From assembly GCA_026014875.1 (NCBI GenBank), contig JAOZHO010000037.1, positions 359,819-423,818 on the forward strand: a DNA stretch of 64,000 nt, given 5' to 3'. Shown one piece after another: positions 19,048 through 28,488 of this stretch. The notes below the pieces were generated by a model, which saw nothing but the letters and a program-made list of their open reading frames with translations, was not told the origin of the DNA and searched no databases. Numbering within the stretch: position 1 is the stretch's first letter; every line of letters starts with the position of its first letter. Made by a program: the position numbers and the translations under genes. The DNA is from Candidatus Bathyarchaeota archaeon. Lineage in GTDB: Archaea > Thermoproteota > Bathyarchaeia > TCS64.

Positions 19048-20205
19048 GTGTTCAGCAATCAATTTAACTCGGCGACCATCGAGGGGATGCTAGCGGCCCC
19101 GGGCAGGAAGTGGCACACCCACCCCCCGGACGTCATACCCCTCTGGATAGCCGACCCGGACTTCCCCATCGCGATGGAGATCAAGAAGGCCCTCCTCAAC
19201 TGCATCCACGACGAGGACCTTTTCTACAAATCCGACGAGCCCACCATGGCGGCTATGGCGGAGAAGGTGACCAGGAGGAACGGCCTCGAGGCTAAGGAGG
19301 AGGACATCCTCATCACCCAGGGGGTCATCCCCGCGATGTGGCTCGCAGTGAACCACGCCTGCAAAGCGGGGGACGAGGTGATAGCCACCGACCCCATGTA
19401 CTTCCACTTCTACACGGCACAAGAGGTCACCGGCACAACCCCGATCCGCTGGCCCATCGACATGGAGGAGGGGTACAAGTTCGACGAGGAGACCCTCAAA
19501 GAGCTGGTGACCCCCAAGACGAAGCTCATCTTCGTCTGCAACCCCCACAACCCCGTGGGCAGGGTCATGACCAAGGAGGAGCTCAATGCCATCGCCGACA
19601 TCGCCGTGGACAACGAGATCACGGTGATGAGCGACGAACTCTGGGAGGACATCATCTTCGACGGCCGGGAGCACATCACCCTTGCCTCCCTGAGCCCCGA
19701 GATAGAGAGGCTCACCATGACAACATGGGGATTCTCCAAGACCTTCGGCGTCGCCGGGCTCCGGATGGGCTACACCTGCGCCACCGACAAGGACATGATG
19801 ACGAACCTCAGGAGGCTCTCCGCGGACATCACACGCACCACGAACAACATGGCCAAGGCCGCCGCCCCAGTGATGCTGGACCACCGCCTCGACTGGTGGC
19901 GACGAGACGTCGTGGAGCATCTGGAGATGATCAGGGGCATATGCTACAAGAGGCTGGACGAGCTACCCAACGTCACCTACCCGGAGCTGGAGGGCACATA
20001 CCTGATGTTCCCCAAGTTCGACTACGGCAAGACCAGCGACGAGCTCAACCAATACATGCTGGAAGAGGGGAAGCTCGCCTTCTCGTCGGGCACCGCGTTC
20101 GGCGCCCGGGGAGAGGGGCACCTCAGGTTCTGCATGGCGACCAGCGAGACCCTCATCAACGAGGTCTTCGACAGGCTCGAGAAGGCCCTCGCCAAGCTGA
20201 AGTGA
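19048..20205 (+). CDS. PLP-dependent class I/II aminotransferase (MalY/PatB-like)
   Basis: IPLWIADPDF, CNPHNPVGRV, SDELW, SKTFGVAGLR. Confidence 0.9.
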   Translation: MFSNQFNSATIEGMLAAPGRKWHTHPPDVIPLWIADPDFPIAMEIKKALLNCIHDEDLFYKSDEPTMAAMAEKVTRRNGLEAKEEDILITQGVIPAMWLAVNHACKAGDEVIATDPMYFHFYTAQEVTGTTPIRWPIDMEEGYKFDEETLKELVTPKTKLIFVCNPHNPVGRVMTKEELNAIADIAVDNEITVMSDELWEDIIFDGREHITLASLSPEIERLTMTTWGFSKTFGVAGLRMGYTCATDKDMMTNLRRLSADITRTTNNMAKAAAPVMLDHRLDWWRRDVVEHLEMIRGICYKRLDELPNVTYPELEGTYLMFPKFDYGKTSDELNQYMLEEGKLAFSSGTAFGARGEGHLRFCMATSETLINEVFDRLEKALAKLK

Positions 20206-20239
20206 CCTTATCCCGGGGGCACAGCCCCCACCAGATTTC

Positions 20240-20689
20240 TCAATATTTTCTTATGTCGTTCAGCAGGGTCCCTGCCTCGGCCCTCTCCCGCTCCTCCTTG
20301 AGATGGCCCTCGAACCCTATCTCCTTGACCCGCTCATAGTACTCCAAGACGAAGGGGTACCGGCCCCGCTGGTACTCTGTCCTGGGGCACTCCGGGAACT
20401 CCTCGCAGAGGAGGCAGCTCCCCTTCTCCACGACCTTCTCGCATTTGAGGACCTCGCACCACGGCTCCTCGATGTTCCGGCATGTGGGGCAGCCGTAGGA
20501 CTCGATGAAGAAGTCGAGACCCCTACGGTACTCCGCCCAGTCGAAGCCGCCGTGGCCCTCCGGGAAGTCATTGAAAAAGTCTGATGTGAGCCTCTTCAGC
20601 TCCTCAGCGAGCTCCACGACCCTCCCGTTTCCGGCGGAGCACATCTCGCAGGAGACTCCGCAACGACCGAATTGATAGTCGCCCTCCAT
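20240..20689 (-). CDS. Cys-rich DUF3795-like protein
   Basis: GRCGVSCEMC ... CPTCR ... CEVLKC ... CLLCEEFPEC. Confidence 0.75.
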   Translation of the reverse strand: MEGDYQFGRCGVSCEMCSAGNGRVVELAEELKRLTSDFFNDFPEGHGGFDWAEYRRGLDFFIESYGCPTCRNIEEPWCEVLKCEKVVEKGSCLLCEEFPECPRTEYQRGRYPFVLEYYERVKEIGFEGHLKEERERAEAGTLLNDIRKY

Positions 20690-20745
20690 CCCGTATCCCG
20701 GGTCTTAACGGATTCTTAGAGGTAATAATGGTTGTCGGCGGCGGC

Positions 20746-20865
20746 TCACCCGGAGAGGAGCCTCCGGTGCTCCACTTTAATGCATCCATCCATGACCACC
20801 GTCGTACCGGCTGCTATGGCCTTCTCCGCTGCCCCCTCCAGCACGATTGAGACATCCTCGGTCAT
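20746..20865 (-). pseudogene. C-terminal remnant of CoA-binding (YccU-like) protein
   Basis: AAEKAIAAGTTVVMDGCIKVEHRRLL resembles the YccU C-terminus (AAxxAxxAGLxVVMDRCxxxEH). Confidence 0.6.
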
Positions 20866-20981
20866 AATGATTCGCCAGTCCCTGCATGAATGAACCGGGC
20901 ACCGTTCATTAAATGGACGCGCCGAGGATGGATAAATCTAGTCCGAAGGATAACCGATTTAAAACGGATGAATCCGGGGGG

Positions 20982-21293
20982 TCAAGTCTTGCCCAGGGCA
21001 CGCATCTTCTTCCCGGAGCTCGTGAGCCCGCGGAAAGCTCTGCCCCTATGGGGCTTCGAGGTCTGCTTCGGCTTGGGGACCCTGAAGCCCTCCTTCCGGG
21101 CCTTCGCGATCCACTCCTTGAGGACCTCCACGTTCTCGGGGTAGCTGGTGCTCCTCCTCTGGTCCACGGGCACACCGAGGTGGCGCGCCTCGCCGACGTT
21201 GACGCCGGCCTCCTTGACCTCGTCGATTGAGAATCCTTTGCCGGTCTTGATCCTGGTGCCCCGCTTCACTATCGGTGAGATCATCCTTACCAT
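20982..21293 (-). CDS. rpl13e: 50S ribosomal protein eL13
   Basis: GKGFSIDEVKEAG...LGVPVDQRRST..ENVE. Confidence 0.9.
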   Translation of the reverse strand: MVRMISPIVKRGTRIKTGKGFSIDEVKEAGVNVGEARHLGVPVDQRRSTSYPENVEVLKEWIAKARKEGFRVPKPKQTSKPHRGRAFRGLTSSGKKMRALGKT

Positions 21294-21299
21294 ACGGGA

Positions 21300-21710
21300 T
21301 CACCTGTAGCTCTTCTGTTTCCTGCGCCGGGCGCCGGGGCCGCCGAACTTTTTAGGCTCCTTCCGCCTTCCGTCCCCTGCGAGCATGGTCCTGTCGTAGG
21401 CGATGTAGGCGGTCCTGAGCCTCTTGCCCCGGGTCCACTTCACGAAGCCATGGGCGATGCCTATCCGGACCGCCTCGGCCTGGCTCATGTAGCCGCCTCC
21501 GTGGACTTTGACCTTGATGTCGACGTTGTCCGCGATCTCACCGGCGACCATGACGGACTCTATGATCTTCTCCCGGGCGATGAGGGGCTGGTAGAAGTGT
21601 ATGGGGGTGTTGTTGATCCTGATGCGTCCCTTCCCCTCGGTTAGGACGACCCGGGCCTTGCTGGTCTTCCTCTTACCGACGGTGAGCTGCGCCTTCTTCC
21701 TCGACGACAT
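21300..21710 (-). CDS. rps9: 30S ribosomal protein uS9
   Basis: GKRKTSKAR, VHGGG..SQAEA, EPKKFGGPGARRRKQKSYR. Confidence 0.97.
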   Translation of the reverse strand: MSSRKKAQLTVGKRKTSKARVVLTEGKGRIRINNTPIHFYQPLIAREKIIESVMVAGEIADNVDIKVKVHGGGYMSQAEAVRIGIAHGFVKWTRGKRLRTAYIAYDRTMLAGDGRRKEPKKFGGPGARRRKQKSYR

Positions 21711-21712
21711 GA

Positions 21713-22144
21713 CTATACCTTCCATCCTATGTTCTTCGCGATCTCGCCCACGGTGATGTACCGCTCCTTCAGCCTCTCAACGGAGGCTTTGGGGAGGCTC
21801 TCCGTCTCGACGCCATGGAGCTCCCGGGGCACGCCGATGTGCACCTTCAATCTCCCGAATGCCTCCCGCCCCCGGTGCTTCCTGCGGGGAAGCATCCCCC
21901 GGACGGTCCTCCGGATGATGGCGTTGGGCTTACGGTAGTGGAAGGGTCCCTTGGTCGGGCCTCCCACCTCGAGGAATTCCTTCCTCTCTTTGATGACCAT
22001 CTTCCTCTTACCCGAGACCACGGCGCCTTCGGCGTTGACGATCTCGATACGCTCCCCGCTGAGGAGCCTCTTGGCGACGAGACTGGCCATCCTGCCTAGG
22101 ATCAGCCCTTCGGCGTCGATGATCGTCGTTCCCTGTGCGCTCAT
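21713..22144 (-). CDS. rpl13: 50S ribosomal protein uL13
   Basis: IIDAEGLILGRMAS, RTVRGMLP. Confidence 0.97.
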   Translation of the reverse strand: MSAQGTTIIDAEGLILGRMASLVAKRLLSGERIEIVNAEGAVVSGKRKMVIKERKEFLEVGGPTKGPFHYRKPNAIIRRTVRGMLPRRKHRGREAFGRLKVHIGVPRELHGVETESLPKASVERLKERYITVGEIAKNIGWKV

Positions 22145-22291
22145 TCATCATTCACCTTTTCATTCTCGGGTTTTGGAATGCGTAAGTTGTGAATCCCGGA
22201 GGACGTATAAATGTTTTCCAACTGAGAACTGAGCCTTATAGAACTCGAACTAACTTGACCAGACTCCCGCCCAGGCTTTCGAGAAGGACGG

Positions 22292-22603
22292 TCACCCGAG
22301 GGTGAGGATTCCTTTATCCCTGAGCCAGTGAGCCTGGTTCGCAGTGTACCGGAAGATTATGTCTCCCTTCTGCTCATACATGAAGTCCCACGGCGAGACC
22401 AGAACGATGTCCCCTTCCCGGACCCAGTTACGCTTCTTCATCTTGCCCCGGACCCTGCACATCCTCTGGTGCCCGTCCTGGCAGATGACCCTCATGCGGG
22501 TGTAGCCCAGGTTCTTGTCCACCAAGCCCAGTATATCGTTCCTGTTGGGCATGAGCATTCTCCTCCGGATGTCGCTCTCGCTCTTGACCAGTTTCTTACC
22601 CAT
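22292..22603 (-). CDS. eif1a: Translation initiation factor aIF-1A
   Basis: RVRGKMKKRNWVREGDIVLVSPWD...KGDIIFRY. Confidence 0.95.
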   Translation of the reverse strand: MGKKLVKSESDIRRRMLMPNRNDILGLVDKNLGYTRMRVICQDGHQRMCRVRGKMKKRNWVREGDIVLVSPWDFMYEQKGDIIFRYTANQAHWLRDKGILTLG

Positions 22604-22711
22604 TGTATCCTATTCCGGGCTACAAATTCGGAGCCGTCCCTTATAAAACACCCCGTTTATGAAGAAAGGAACGCCGAGAAGTATCTACCTAAAAAAGCGG
22701 TAAAAGGAGAC

Positions 22712-23575
22712 CTAGCCACTGGCCTGGGCCTTCCCCACGGCCTTGGCCAAGGTCACGGCCTGAGCGTTCGCCCTAGCCACGAGCTCCTCCACGGTCTCCG
22801 GGGTCACCCACGCAGACTCTAGGGCCAGCATCCTGACATTCTGGGCAGCCAAGGAGATCAGCGGCATGATGGTCATGGAGGTGACATAGGCCGCGTTGAG
22901 GGCGACCTGGTAGGCTTCGCTGGAGGCCCTGGAGAGACGCTCCGAGTATACATTAACGTCGAGGATGAGCTCCTCCTTGGGGATGACGATGCCGTCCTCG
23001 TAGACTGCCTTGATCTCCAGACCCATCTCCGACGCCCTCACCCCGAGACGGGTGAGGAGGTCCGCTAGGTCGGCGGAGATCTCGTCCCCGGCCTTGGCGA
23101 CCACTGTGTCGCTGACGACCCAGATGTTCCCCGCCTCGATGCGGGTCCTGATGGAGAGGCCCCCGAACTTGCTGATGATGGGGCCCGGGCTGAGCCCCGT
23201 GTTCCCCGCGGGGACCATGAGGTCCTCGAGGGCGATGTCCCCCGCCTTGGCGAAGACCCTCACCTTGTTCTTGTGGAGGGTCATCGCGAGGCTGAAGGGG
23301 TTCCCGTTGCTGAAGATGTAGATGTTCTGCCCCTTGATCTGGGCGAGGAAGCCCTCGGTTCCCTGGAGGCCGATCTTCTCCATGGAGATGCGCATCAGGT
23401 TGTTCTTGATCCCCTTGATGGTGACCTGGCCCCGGAGCTGCTTCCTGAGATCCTGGAGCATCCCGCTCCCCACCTTGGTGAGGTCGGCGGCCCCGATGAG
23501 CTTGTACTCGTCTAGGAGCTTAACCGTGGAGTCGACGATGGCCATCTTCTCGGCTGAGACCTGGGACATCGTCAT
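22712..23575 (-). CDS. rpl10: 50S ribosomal protein uL10 (P0)
   Basis: KNNLM, NPFSL, AKAGDIA...VPAGNTGLSPGP. Confidence 0.95.
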   Translation of the reverse strand: MTMSQVSAEKMAIVDSTVKLLDEYKLIGAADLTKVGSGMLQDLRKQLRGQVTIKGIKNNLMRISMEKIGLQGTEGFLAQIKGQNIYIFSNGNPFSLAMTLHKNKVRVFAKAGDIALEDLMVPAGNTGLSPGPIISKFGGLSIRTRIEAGNIWVVSDTVVAKAGDEISADLADLLTRLGVRASEMGLEIKAVYEDGIVIPKEELILDVNVYSERLSRASSEAYQVALNAAYVTSMTIMPLISLAAQNVRMLALESAWVTPETVEELVARANAQAVTLAKAVGKAQASG

Positions 23576-24216
23576 ATCACCTTGATCGCGGGGCCCATGG
23601 TGAGCTTAAGGAAGACCGACTTTACGTTGTTCGCCCCCCGGTTCAGGACTCCGGTTAGGTTGCTAAGCAAGTACTCGATGTTATCGGCGAGCTCCTCGTC
23701 GGGCATCGACTCCTTGCCGACCTTGCACTTCACGAACGGCCTGTCCTGACTCCTCAGGATCACCGTCCGCCTCTCCCTCTCAAGGATGGCGTCGATGGGG
23801 GCCTGGGGGGGAACCGGGGTAGGCATCTTTCCCCTGGGGCCCAGGATGGGGCCGGCTACGCGGCCCACGGTGGGCATCAGGGGCGCCTCGGCCACGAATA
23901 TATCGTAGTCCTTGAGCTGCCTCTTCGCCTCCTTCTTATCGGCGCCCAACGCGTTGAGCTCCGTGGGCTCGATGACCCTGTCAGCCCCAGCCCTGCGGGC
24001 TCGCAAGGCCAGGTCTCCCTGGGCGAATATCAATACCTTCTGGCCGCCGACCCCGTGAGGCAGCTGGACCCTGAGGTTGACCCTGTTGTCGGGCTGCCTC
24101 ATATCCAGATCCTTGAGGTTGACGGTCAGGTCTATGGACTGTTCGAAGCCCCTCGGGGGGGCCACCTCCCTAGCCTTCGCGAGGGAGTCCATTATTACGT
24201 CCTTCCGGACCGACAT
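23572..24216 (-). CDS. rpl1: 50S ribosomal protein uL1
   Basis: FEQSIDLTVNLK, LGPRGKMP, KLTMGP. Confidence 0.96.
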   Translation of the reverse strand: MSVRKDVIMDSLAKAREVAPPRGFEQSIDLTVNLKDLDMRQPDNRVNLRVQLPHGVGGQKVLIFAQGDLALRARRAGADRVIEPTELNALGADKKEAKRQLKDYDIFVAEAPLMPTVGRVAGPILGPRGKMPTPVPPQAPIDAILERERRTVILRSQDRPFVKCKVGKESMPDEELADNIEYLLSNLTGVLNRGANNVKSVFLKLTMGPAIKVI

Positions 24217-24258
24217 TTCAGATTCCTCTTGATTTCACACTGGACCATCTATAAAGCT

Positions 24259-24747
24259 TTACGAGGCCTCCACGAGCCTCGAGTCGAAGTCTCCGGCGGC
24301 GATCTGGTCCTGGATCGCCTTGCCGTGCTGCCCCTCCACGGTGACCCCCATGCTCTGACAGCTCCCCACTATCTCCTTCACGGCGGATTTCAGTGTGGAC
24401 GAGAAGAGGCCGTCCCTCTTCTTCCTGGCGATGTCCACCAGCTGATCGAATGTGAGGTCGCCGACGAAGTCGGTGTTGGGGGTCTGGGAGCCCTTGCTTA
24501 TGCTCAGGGTCTGGGTGATGAGGGCGAATGTGGAGAGCATCCCCACCTTCACGGTGAACTCCTTGGTGTCGGTGTCGATGGTGACATCCACGGGGATGGG
24601 GACCCCCGCGTACTCGGCGGTCTCCTCGTTGATCTTGTTGACTATCGTCATGATGTTGACGCCGAGGGGTCCCAGGGCGGGCCCTATGGGGGGTCCGCCT
24701 GTGGCCTCGCCGCCGTTCACGATGAAGTTGAATGTTTTCTCTACCAT
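24259..24747 (-). CDS. rpl11: 50S ribosomal protein uL11
   Basis: GGEATGGPPIGPALGPLGVN, GSCQSMGVTVEG; ATG at 24747. Confidence 0.96.
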   Translation of the reverse strand: MVEKTFNFIVNGGEATGGPPIGPALGPLGVNIMTIVNKINEETAEYAGVPIPVDVTIDTDTKEFTVKVGMLSTFALITQTLSISKGSQTPNTDFVGDLTFDQLVDIARKKRDGLFSSTLKSAVKEIVGSCQSMGVTVEGQHGKAIQDQIAAGDFDSRLVEAS

Positions 24748-24748
24748 T

Positions 24749-25216
24749 TTATGCAGTTGCTCCTTTGATCTCCCGGACATAGTCTGCGTGGACTGTGATG
24801 GGCAGGGTGAATGCGGCCTCCAGGATCTCCACGGTGACCTCCTCCTTGGAGGAGTCCACCCTGACGATCTTGGCCTCCATCCCCTTGAAGGGGCCCGCGA
24901 TGACCTCCACCAGGATTCCCTCCTCGAGGCCCTCGATGACGGGCTTGCTTACGAGGTAGTGGTCCACCTCTTTGGGGTTCACGAGGCCCTGCACCCTGGA
25001 TCGGGTGTGGCGCATCCCTCTGATGAGCTCGTCTACCGCGTGGGGGGCCAATGACTCGACTATGATGTATCCCTTCAGCTCGATGGGGGAGAGAATTGAA
25101 GCTATGGGGATGCCCTCGACAGTCGACTTGTCGGCGAGCATCGAGGCTACGTTCCTCTCCTGACCCATGGTCACCTTGACCGCGTAAAGCTGTGTTCGGG
25201 GCGTATGTTCGGACAA
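24749..25216 (-). CDS. spt5: Transcription elongation factor Spt5/NusG
   Basis: YAVKVTMGQE, KGYIIVE, KOW motif VEVIAGPFKG. Confidence 0.95.
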   Translation of the reverse strand: MSEHTPRTQLYAVKVTMGQERNVASMLADKSTVEGIPIASILSPIELKGYIIVESLAPHAVDELIRGMRHTRSRVQGLVNPKEVDHYLVSKPVIEGLEEGILVEVIAGPFKGMEAKIVRVDSSKEEVTVEILEAAFTLPITVHADYVREIKGATA

Positions 25217-25554
25217 ACTATCACGTCCGGTGTAACCATTGAAGGAAAAGACTTGGTTATTAATATAACGATTATATTTTCGTGACGGGGTGCCCTAGTC
25301 CCCACATTCTCCAAGTGTTCTGCCTAATTTCCCGCGGACTTCATCAAATAGGGGAGTGAAAGACCGTTCAACTATCGTATTTCAGATGATTCCGAGGCCC
25401 GTGAGGCGGGTCATTGACCAGGGTGACCAGCACGAGAACAACATTCTTGAATGATACCTCTTCGATGCGATTCTAATCTTGATAGTCCACTCAGTGATGT
25501 GAAAACATTTATCAGCCACCCGAGATTCACGGGGAGTAAATCGAGCTGATCAAG

Positions 25555-26748
25555 GTGTTGGAGAGAGACGGCAACCTACCGATGAGCTTCTACATCGTCT
25601 CCTTCTCCTCCTTCCTCTTCGAGCTCTCCCGGCACATCACCCAGCCTATCTTCACCCTTTACATCCTCGATATGGGGGCCTCCCTCGTCCAGGTGGGGCT
25701 CATCCTCTCCGTACAGTCCATACTGATGACTGTGGTGAGGATCCCCCTCGCGATGGTCTCCAACAGGGTGGGCCACAACAGGATGTTCCTCGTCGCCTTC
25801 TTCATCCAGGCCACAGCCCCCATCCTCTACGCGATCGCCCCGGACCCCTCCTGGCTCTACGTCATCCCCTTCTACCAGATCCTCGCCTCTGGCTCCTTCA
25901 ATCAGCTAGCGATGTCCACGGTGTCCAACATGGCCCCGGCGACGAGGCAGGGAGACGCCCTCGGACGCTACATGACATTCATGTCCATGGGGATGTTCGT
26001 GGGCCCCATCATCGCGGGGAGCCTCGTCACTCATATCAGCTACCGCCAGCTCTTCATGGTCACCGCCATATTCCCCGCGATCGGCCTCGGACTCTTCCTC
26101 AAATTCAAGCCCAAGGGATTGCGTGCGCCACCCGTAGAGGAGACATCCCCCGAGGAGGGGCCGGGCACCATGGAAATCCTCAAGGTGATCCTCAGGGACA
26201 GAAACGTCCTGGTCCTCACGTTCATCAGGACCGCATACGCGATGTCCGCCACCGTGCTCACGAGCCTCTTCGCCGTCTTCGCAGTCCGAGACCTCGGGTT
26301 CACCCCTGCCCTCGCAGCGCTGCTCTTCTCGGCGGTTGGCTTCTCCAACGCCTTCATCAAGCTCCCCGCCGGCAGGGTGGCTGACGCCCTGGGACCCAGG
26401 AAGGTCCTCTTCGCCACTTTCTCGACGCTGATCCTCGTATACGTCTCCATGTCCTACGCGAGGGGCGTGGCGCCCATCCTCCTCCTGCTGGTCCTGTTCG
26501 GGGCGTGCTGGGGGACGAGGGCGGTGACCGAGTGGTCCACCCTCACGAACAGCGTCACCCAGGAAACCAAGACCATTGCGATATCCTACCTCGGCAGCAT
26601 CTGGGGGGTGGGGGCGACCCTGGGCAGCTTCATGGTGGGGGCCGTGGGTGAAAGGTTCCCGTTCTCGACCATCTTCCTCATGCTGGCCCTGATAAACATC
26701 CCAACGCTTCCAGCCATCTATCTCATGAGGAAGAACAAGGAAGCCTAG
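25555..26748 (+). CDS. MFS transporter
   Basis: About 12 hydrophobic segments; GRVADALGPRK motif-A. Confidence 0.88.
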   Translation: MLERDGNLPMSFYIVSFSSFLFELSRHITQPIFTLYILDMGASLVQVGLILSVQSILMTVVRIPLAMVSNRVGHNRMFLVAFFIQATAPILYAIAPDPSWLYVIPFYQILASGSFNQLAMSTVSNMAPATRQGDALGRYMTFMSMGMFVGPIIAGSLVTHISYRQLFMVTAIFPAIGLGLFLKFKPKGLRAPPVEETSPEEGPGTMEILKVILRDRNVLVLTFIRTAYAMSATVLTSLFAVFAVRDLGFTPALAALLFSAVGFSNAFIKLPAGRVADALGPRKVLFATFSTLILVYVSMSYARGVAPILLLLVLFGACWGTRAVTEWSTLTNSVTQETKTIAISYLGSIWGVGATLGSFMVGAVGERFPFSTIFLMLALINIPTLPAIYLMRKNKEA

Positions 26749-27314
26749 GGCGCCCCGAACACGGCCTCGAAGATTTCCCTGATCTCCTCGGGCTTCTCGA
26801 ATGTGGTGATCCCATCCATACCGGAGATCTTCCGCACGTTCTCCGCGTCCTCCTTCCGGACCCTCAGCTCCAGCTCCTCTCCATCAGGTAGGACGGTGAC
26901 GACGGTGCCCTCCCTGTAGTCCACGGGCATCACGTACACAGGGACATAGGCCTTAAGGGCCTGGATCGCGCTGTTGGTGAGCATCGTGTCGGAGATGCCG
27001 TGAGCGATCTTAGCGACGGTGTTGCTCGTAGCGGGGGCGAGGAGGAGAAAGTCGAAGCGTCCTAACTGGAGGCGACCTGTGATGAAGGGGGTGTTCGCGT
27101 CCCTCTCCACCTGGACCCGATCGAAGCACTCTCTGAGCTCGCCGCCCAACCTGTAGAATCGGAGGACCTGCTCCCCCGCCTTGGAGAGGTATATCTCGAT
27201 CTTGATGTTCCCCTTGTAGGCCTCCTTGAGCCCTTTCATCACGTTGAGGGTCTCGTTGATGAGGTCCCCCGCCCCCGTGATTCCCCAGGCTATCTTTCTT
27301 ATTTTATCTGCCAT
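26745..27314 (-). CDS. afpA: Archaeoflavoprotein AfpA-like (HFCD flavoprotein family)
   Basis: IAWGITGAG, LQLGRFDFLLLAPATSNTVAKIAHGISD, MPVD, RKED. Confidence 0.85.
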   Translation of the reverse strand: MADKIRKIAWGITGAGDLINETLNVMKGLKEAYKGNIKIEIYLSKAGEQVLRFYRLGGELRECFDRVQVERDANTPFITGRLQLGRFDFLLLAPATSNTVAKIAHGISDTMLTNSAIQALKAYVPVYVMPVDYREGTVVTVLPDGEELELRVRKEDAENVRKISGMDGITTFEKPEEIREIFEAVFGAP

Positions 27315-27315
27315 C

Positions 27316-27915
27316 TCAACTGTCCTCCCTCAGCTTCCTCCGCTCCTCGACTTGCTCCGCGAAACGCCTCACGGTCTTCCGGAGGCTCCTAAGGCCCTCA
27401 TCGTCCTCCATGACTCCCTCCAAAGTGTCCTTGGACCAGAAGGTGGCCCCTAGGTTAGCCCCGAAGGCCCCGCCGCTCACGGCGAGGACCCCGTTCAACG
27501 TATAGAATGTTATGATTTGCTGGATCGCGAGCTCCTGCCCTCCAGACCTGTCACCCCCGACCGCAATGGCTATCCCCGTCTTCCCCCTGAGGACAGCGGG
27601 GTTCTTCGCGAGGAGGGCCCGGGTCCTGTCCATCACCGCCTTGACCTGGGCGCTGACGCCGCCGTTGTAGACGGGGGTGGCGATGACGAGTCCCTCCGCC
27701 TCCTCGAGGAGCGGGTAGAGGCCCTGAACGTCGTCCCGCTGGATGCATCCCTCCCCCTTCAGACAGTGGTCGCAGTGAGTGCAGAAGCCGATCCTCTTCC
27801 CCCGGACCCCCCAGTAAACGGTCTCGAAGCCCCTCACCTCCAGCATCCGGAGGGCCTCCCTGAGGGCGTACTCGGTAGCCTTCGCCCTCGGGCTGCCGCA
27901 CAGCCCCAGGATCAT
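27316..27915 (-). CDS. Iron-sulfur flavoprotein (Isf)/flavodoxin family
   Basis: GSPR, CTHCDHC..C...DD, ATPVYNG, VGGDRSGGQE. Confidence 0.9.
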   Translation of the reverse strand: MILGLCGSPRAKATEYALREALRMLEVRGFETVYWGVRGKRIGFCTHCDHCLKGEGCIQRDDVQGLYPLLEEAEGLVIATPVYNGGVSAQVKAVMDRTRALLAKNPAVLRGKTGIAIAVGGDRSGGQELAIQQIITFYTLNGVLAVSGGAFGANLGATFWSKDTLEGVMEDDEGLRSLRKTVRRFAEQVEERRKLREDS

Positions 27916-27987
27916 CGAGACTTCATCTTTTGGGGGGTTGAAAAACCTTTGTCGTACAAGGGTTTCAGTGTCTTGAATTTTTGATGA

Positions 27988-28257
27988 GATAAAAAACGTG
28001 CCATACGTTTACTCGCTGCCGCGTTCACGGTCGTCATGTGGCGAGATCCCATGCGAGGAGTTCATCGATTACGGCAGTTATTAATTGGCACACCGGGGGA
28101 TATCTTGTTCGAAGGCTCAGAATTGGAACCATCAGTCGCTTTCCTGTAGTTCGAGTTGATATTCAGCATCGGCGTGGCCTTCGTGATCCCTCTCATGATC
28201 ATCTTCTACGTCGTTTATTCTTACGACAAGGATCTGAAGGACATGCCTCTAGATTAA
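27988..28257 (+). pseudogene. Possible decayed small membrane protein
   Basis: Frame reads DKKRAIRLLAAAFTVVMWR...VAFL*FELIFSIGVAFVIPLMIIFYVVYSYDKDLKDMPLD with internal TAG at 28147; no clear start. Confidence 0.35.
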
Positions 28258-28277
28258 CTCAGAACGGTTCCCGTTGG

Positions 28278-28451
28278 CTAGACGCCGCCTTGGATAGTGG
28301 CGGCTATCAGCCGGATCATGAAGCCGATACCCCCCAGGACCGCGACGCCGACGAAGACGATCTTGAAGCTCAGGCTGTAGGTCTTCCAGTCAGGCCTGGA
28401 TATGGTTCTCAGGAGGCGCGCCGCCGACTGGAAAAAGCTGCCTAGACCCAT
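28278..28451 (-). CDS. secE: Protein translocase subunit SecE/Sec61-gamma
   Basis: Manual translation MGLGSFFQSAARLLRTISRPDWKTYSLSFKIVFVGVAVLGGIGFMIRLIAATIQGGV; follows ftsY; below the ORF-track cutoff. Confidence 0.9.
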   Translation of the reverse strand: MGLGSFFQSAARLLRTISRPDWKTYSLSFKIVFVGVAVLGGIGFMIRLIAATIQGGV

Positions 28452-28488
28452 CTTCGCCTGCTATCGAGGGAGGGCGCCCTTAAATCCT

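Noticed and set aside
25280-25500. ncRNA or gene upstream of spt5
   Set aside because: No convincing ORF, tRNA fold or repeat; probably degraded sequence plus divergent promoters.
28147-28149. Pyrrolysine read-through
   Set aside because: TAG terminates many clear genes here (secE, rpl39e, rpl12, BMP), and there are no pyl genes in the window.
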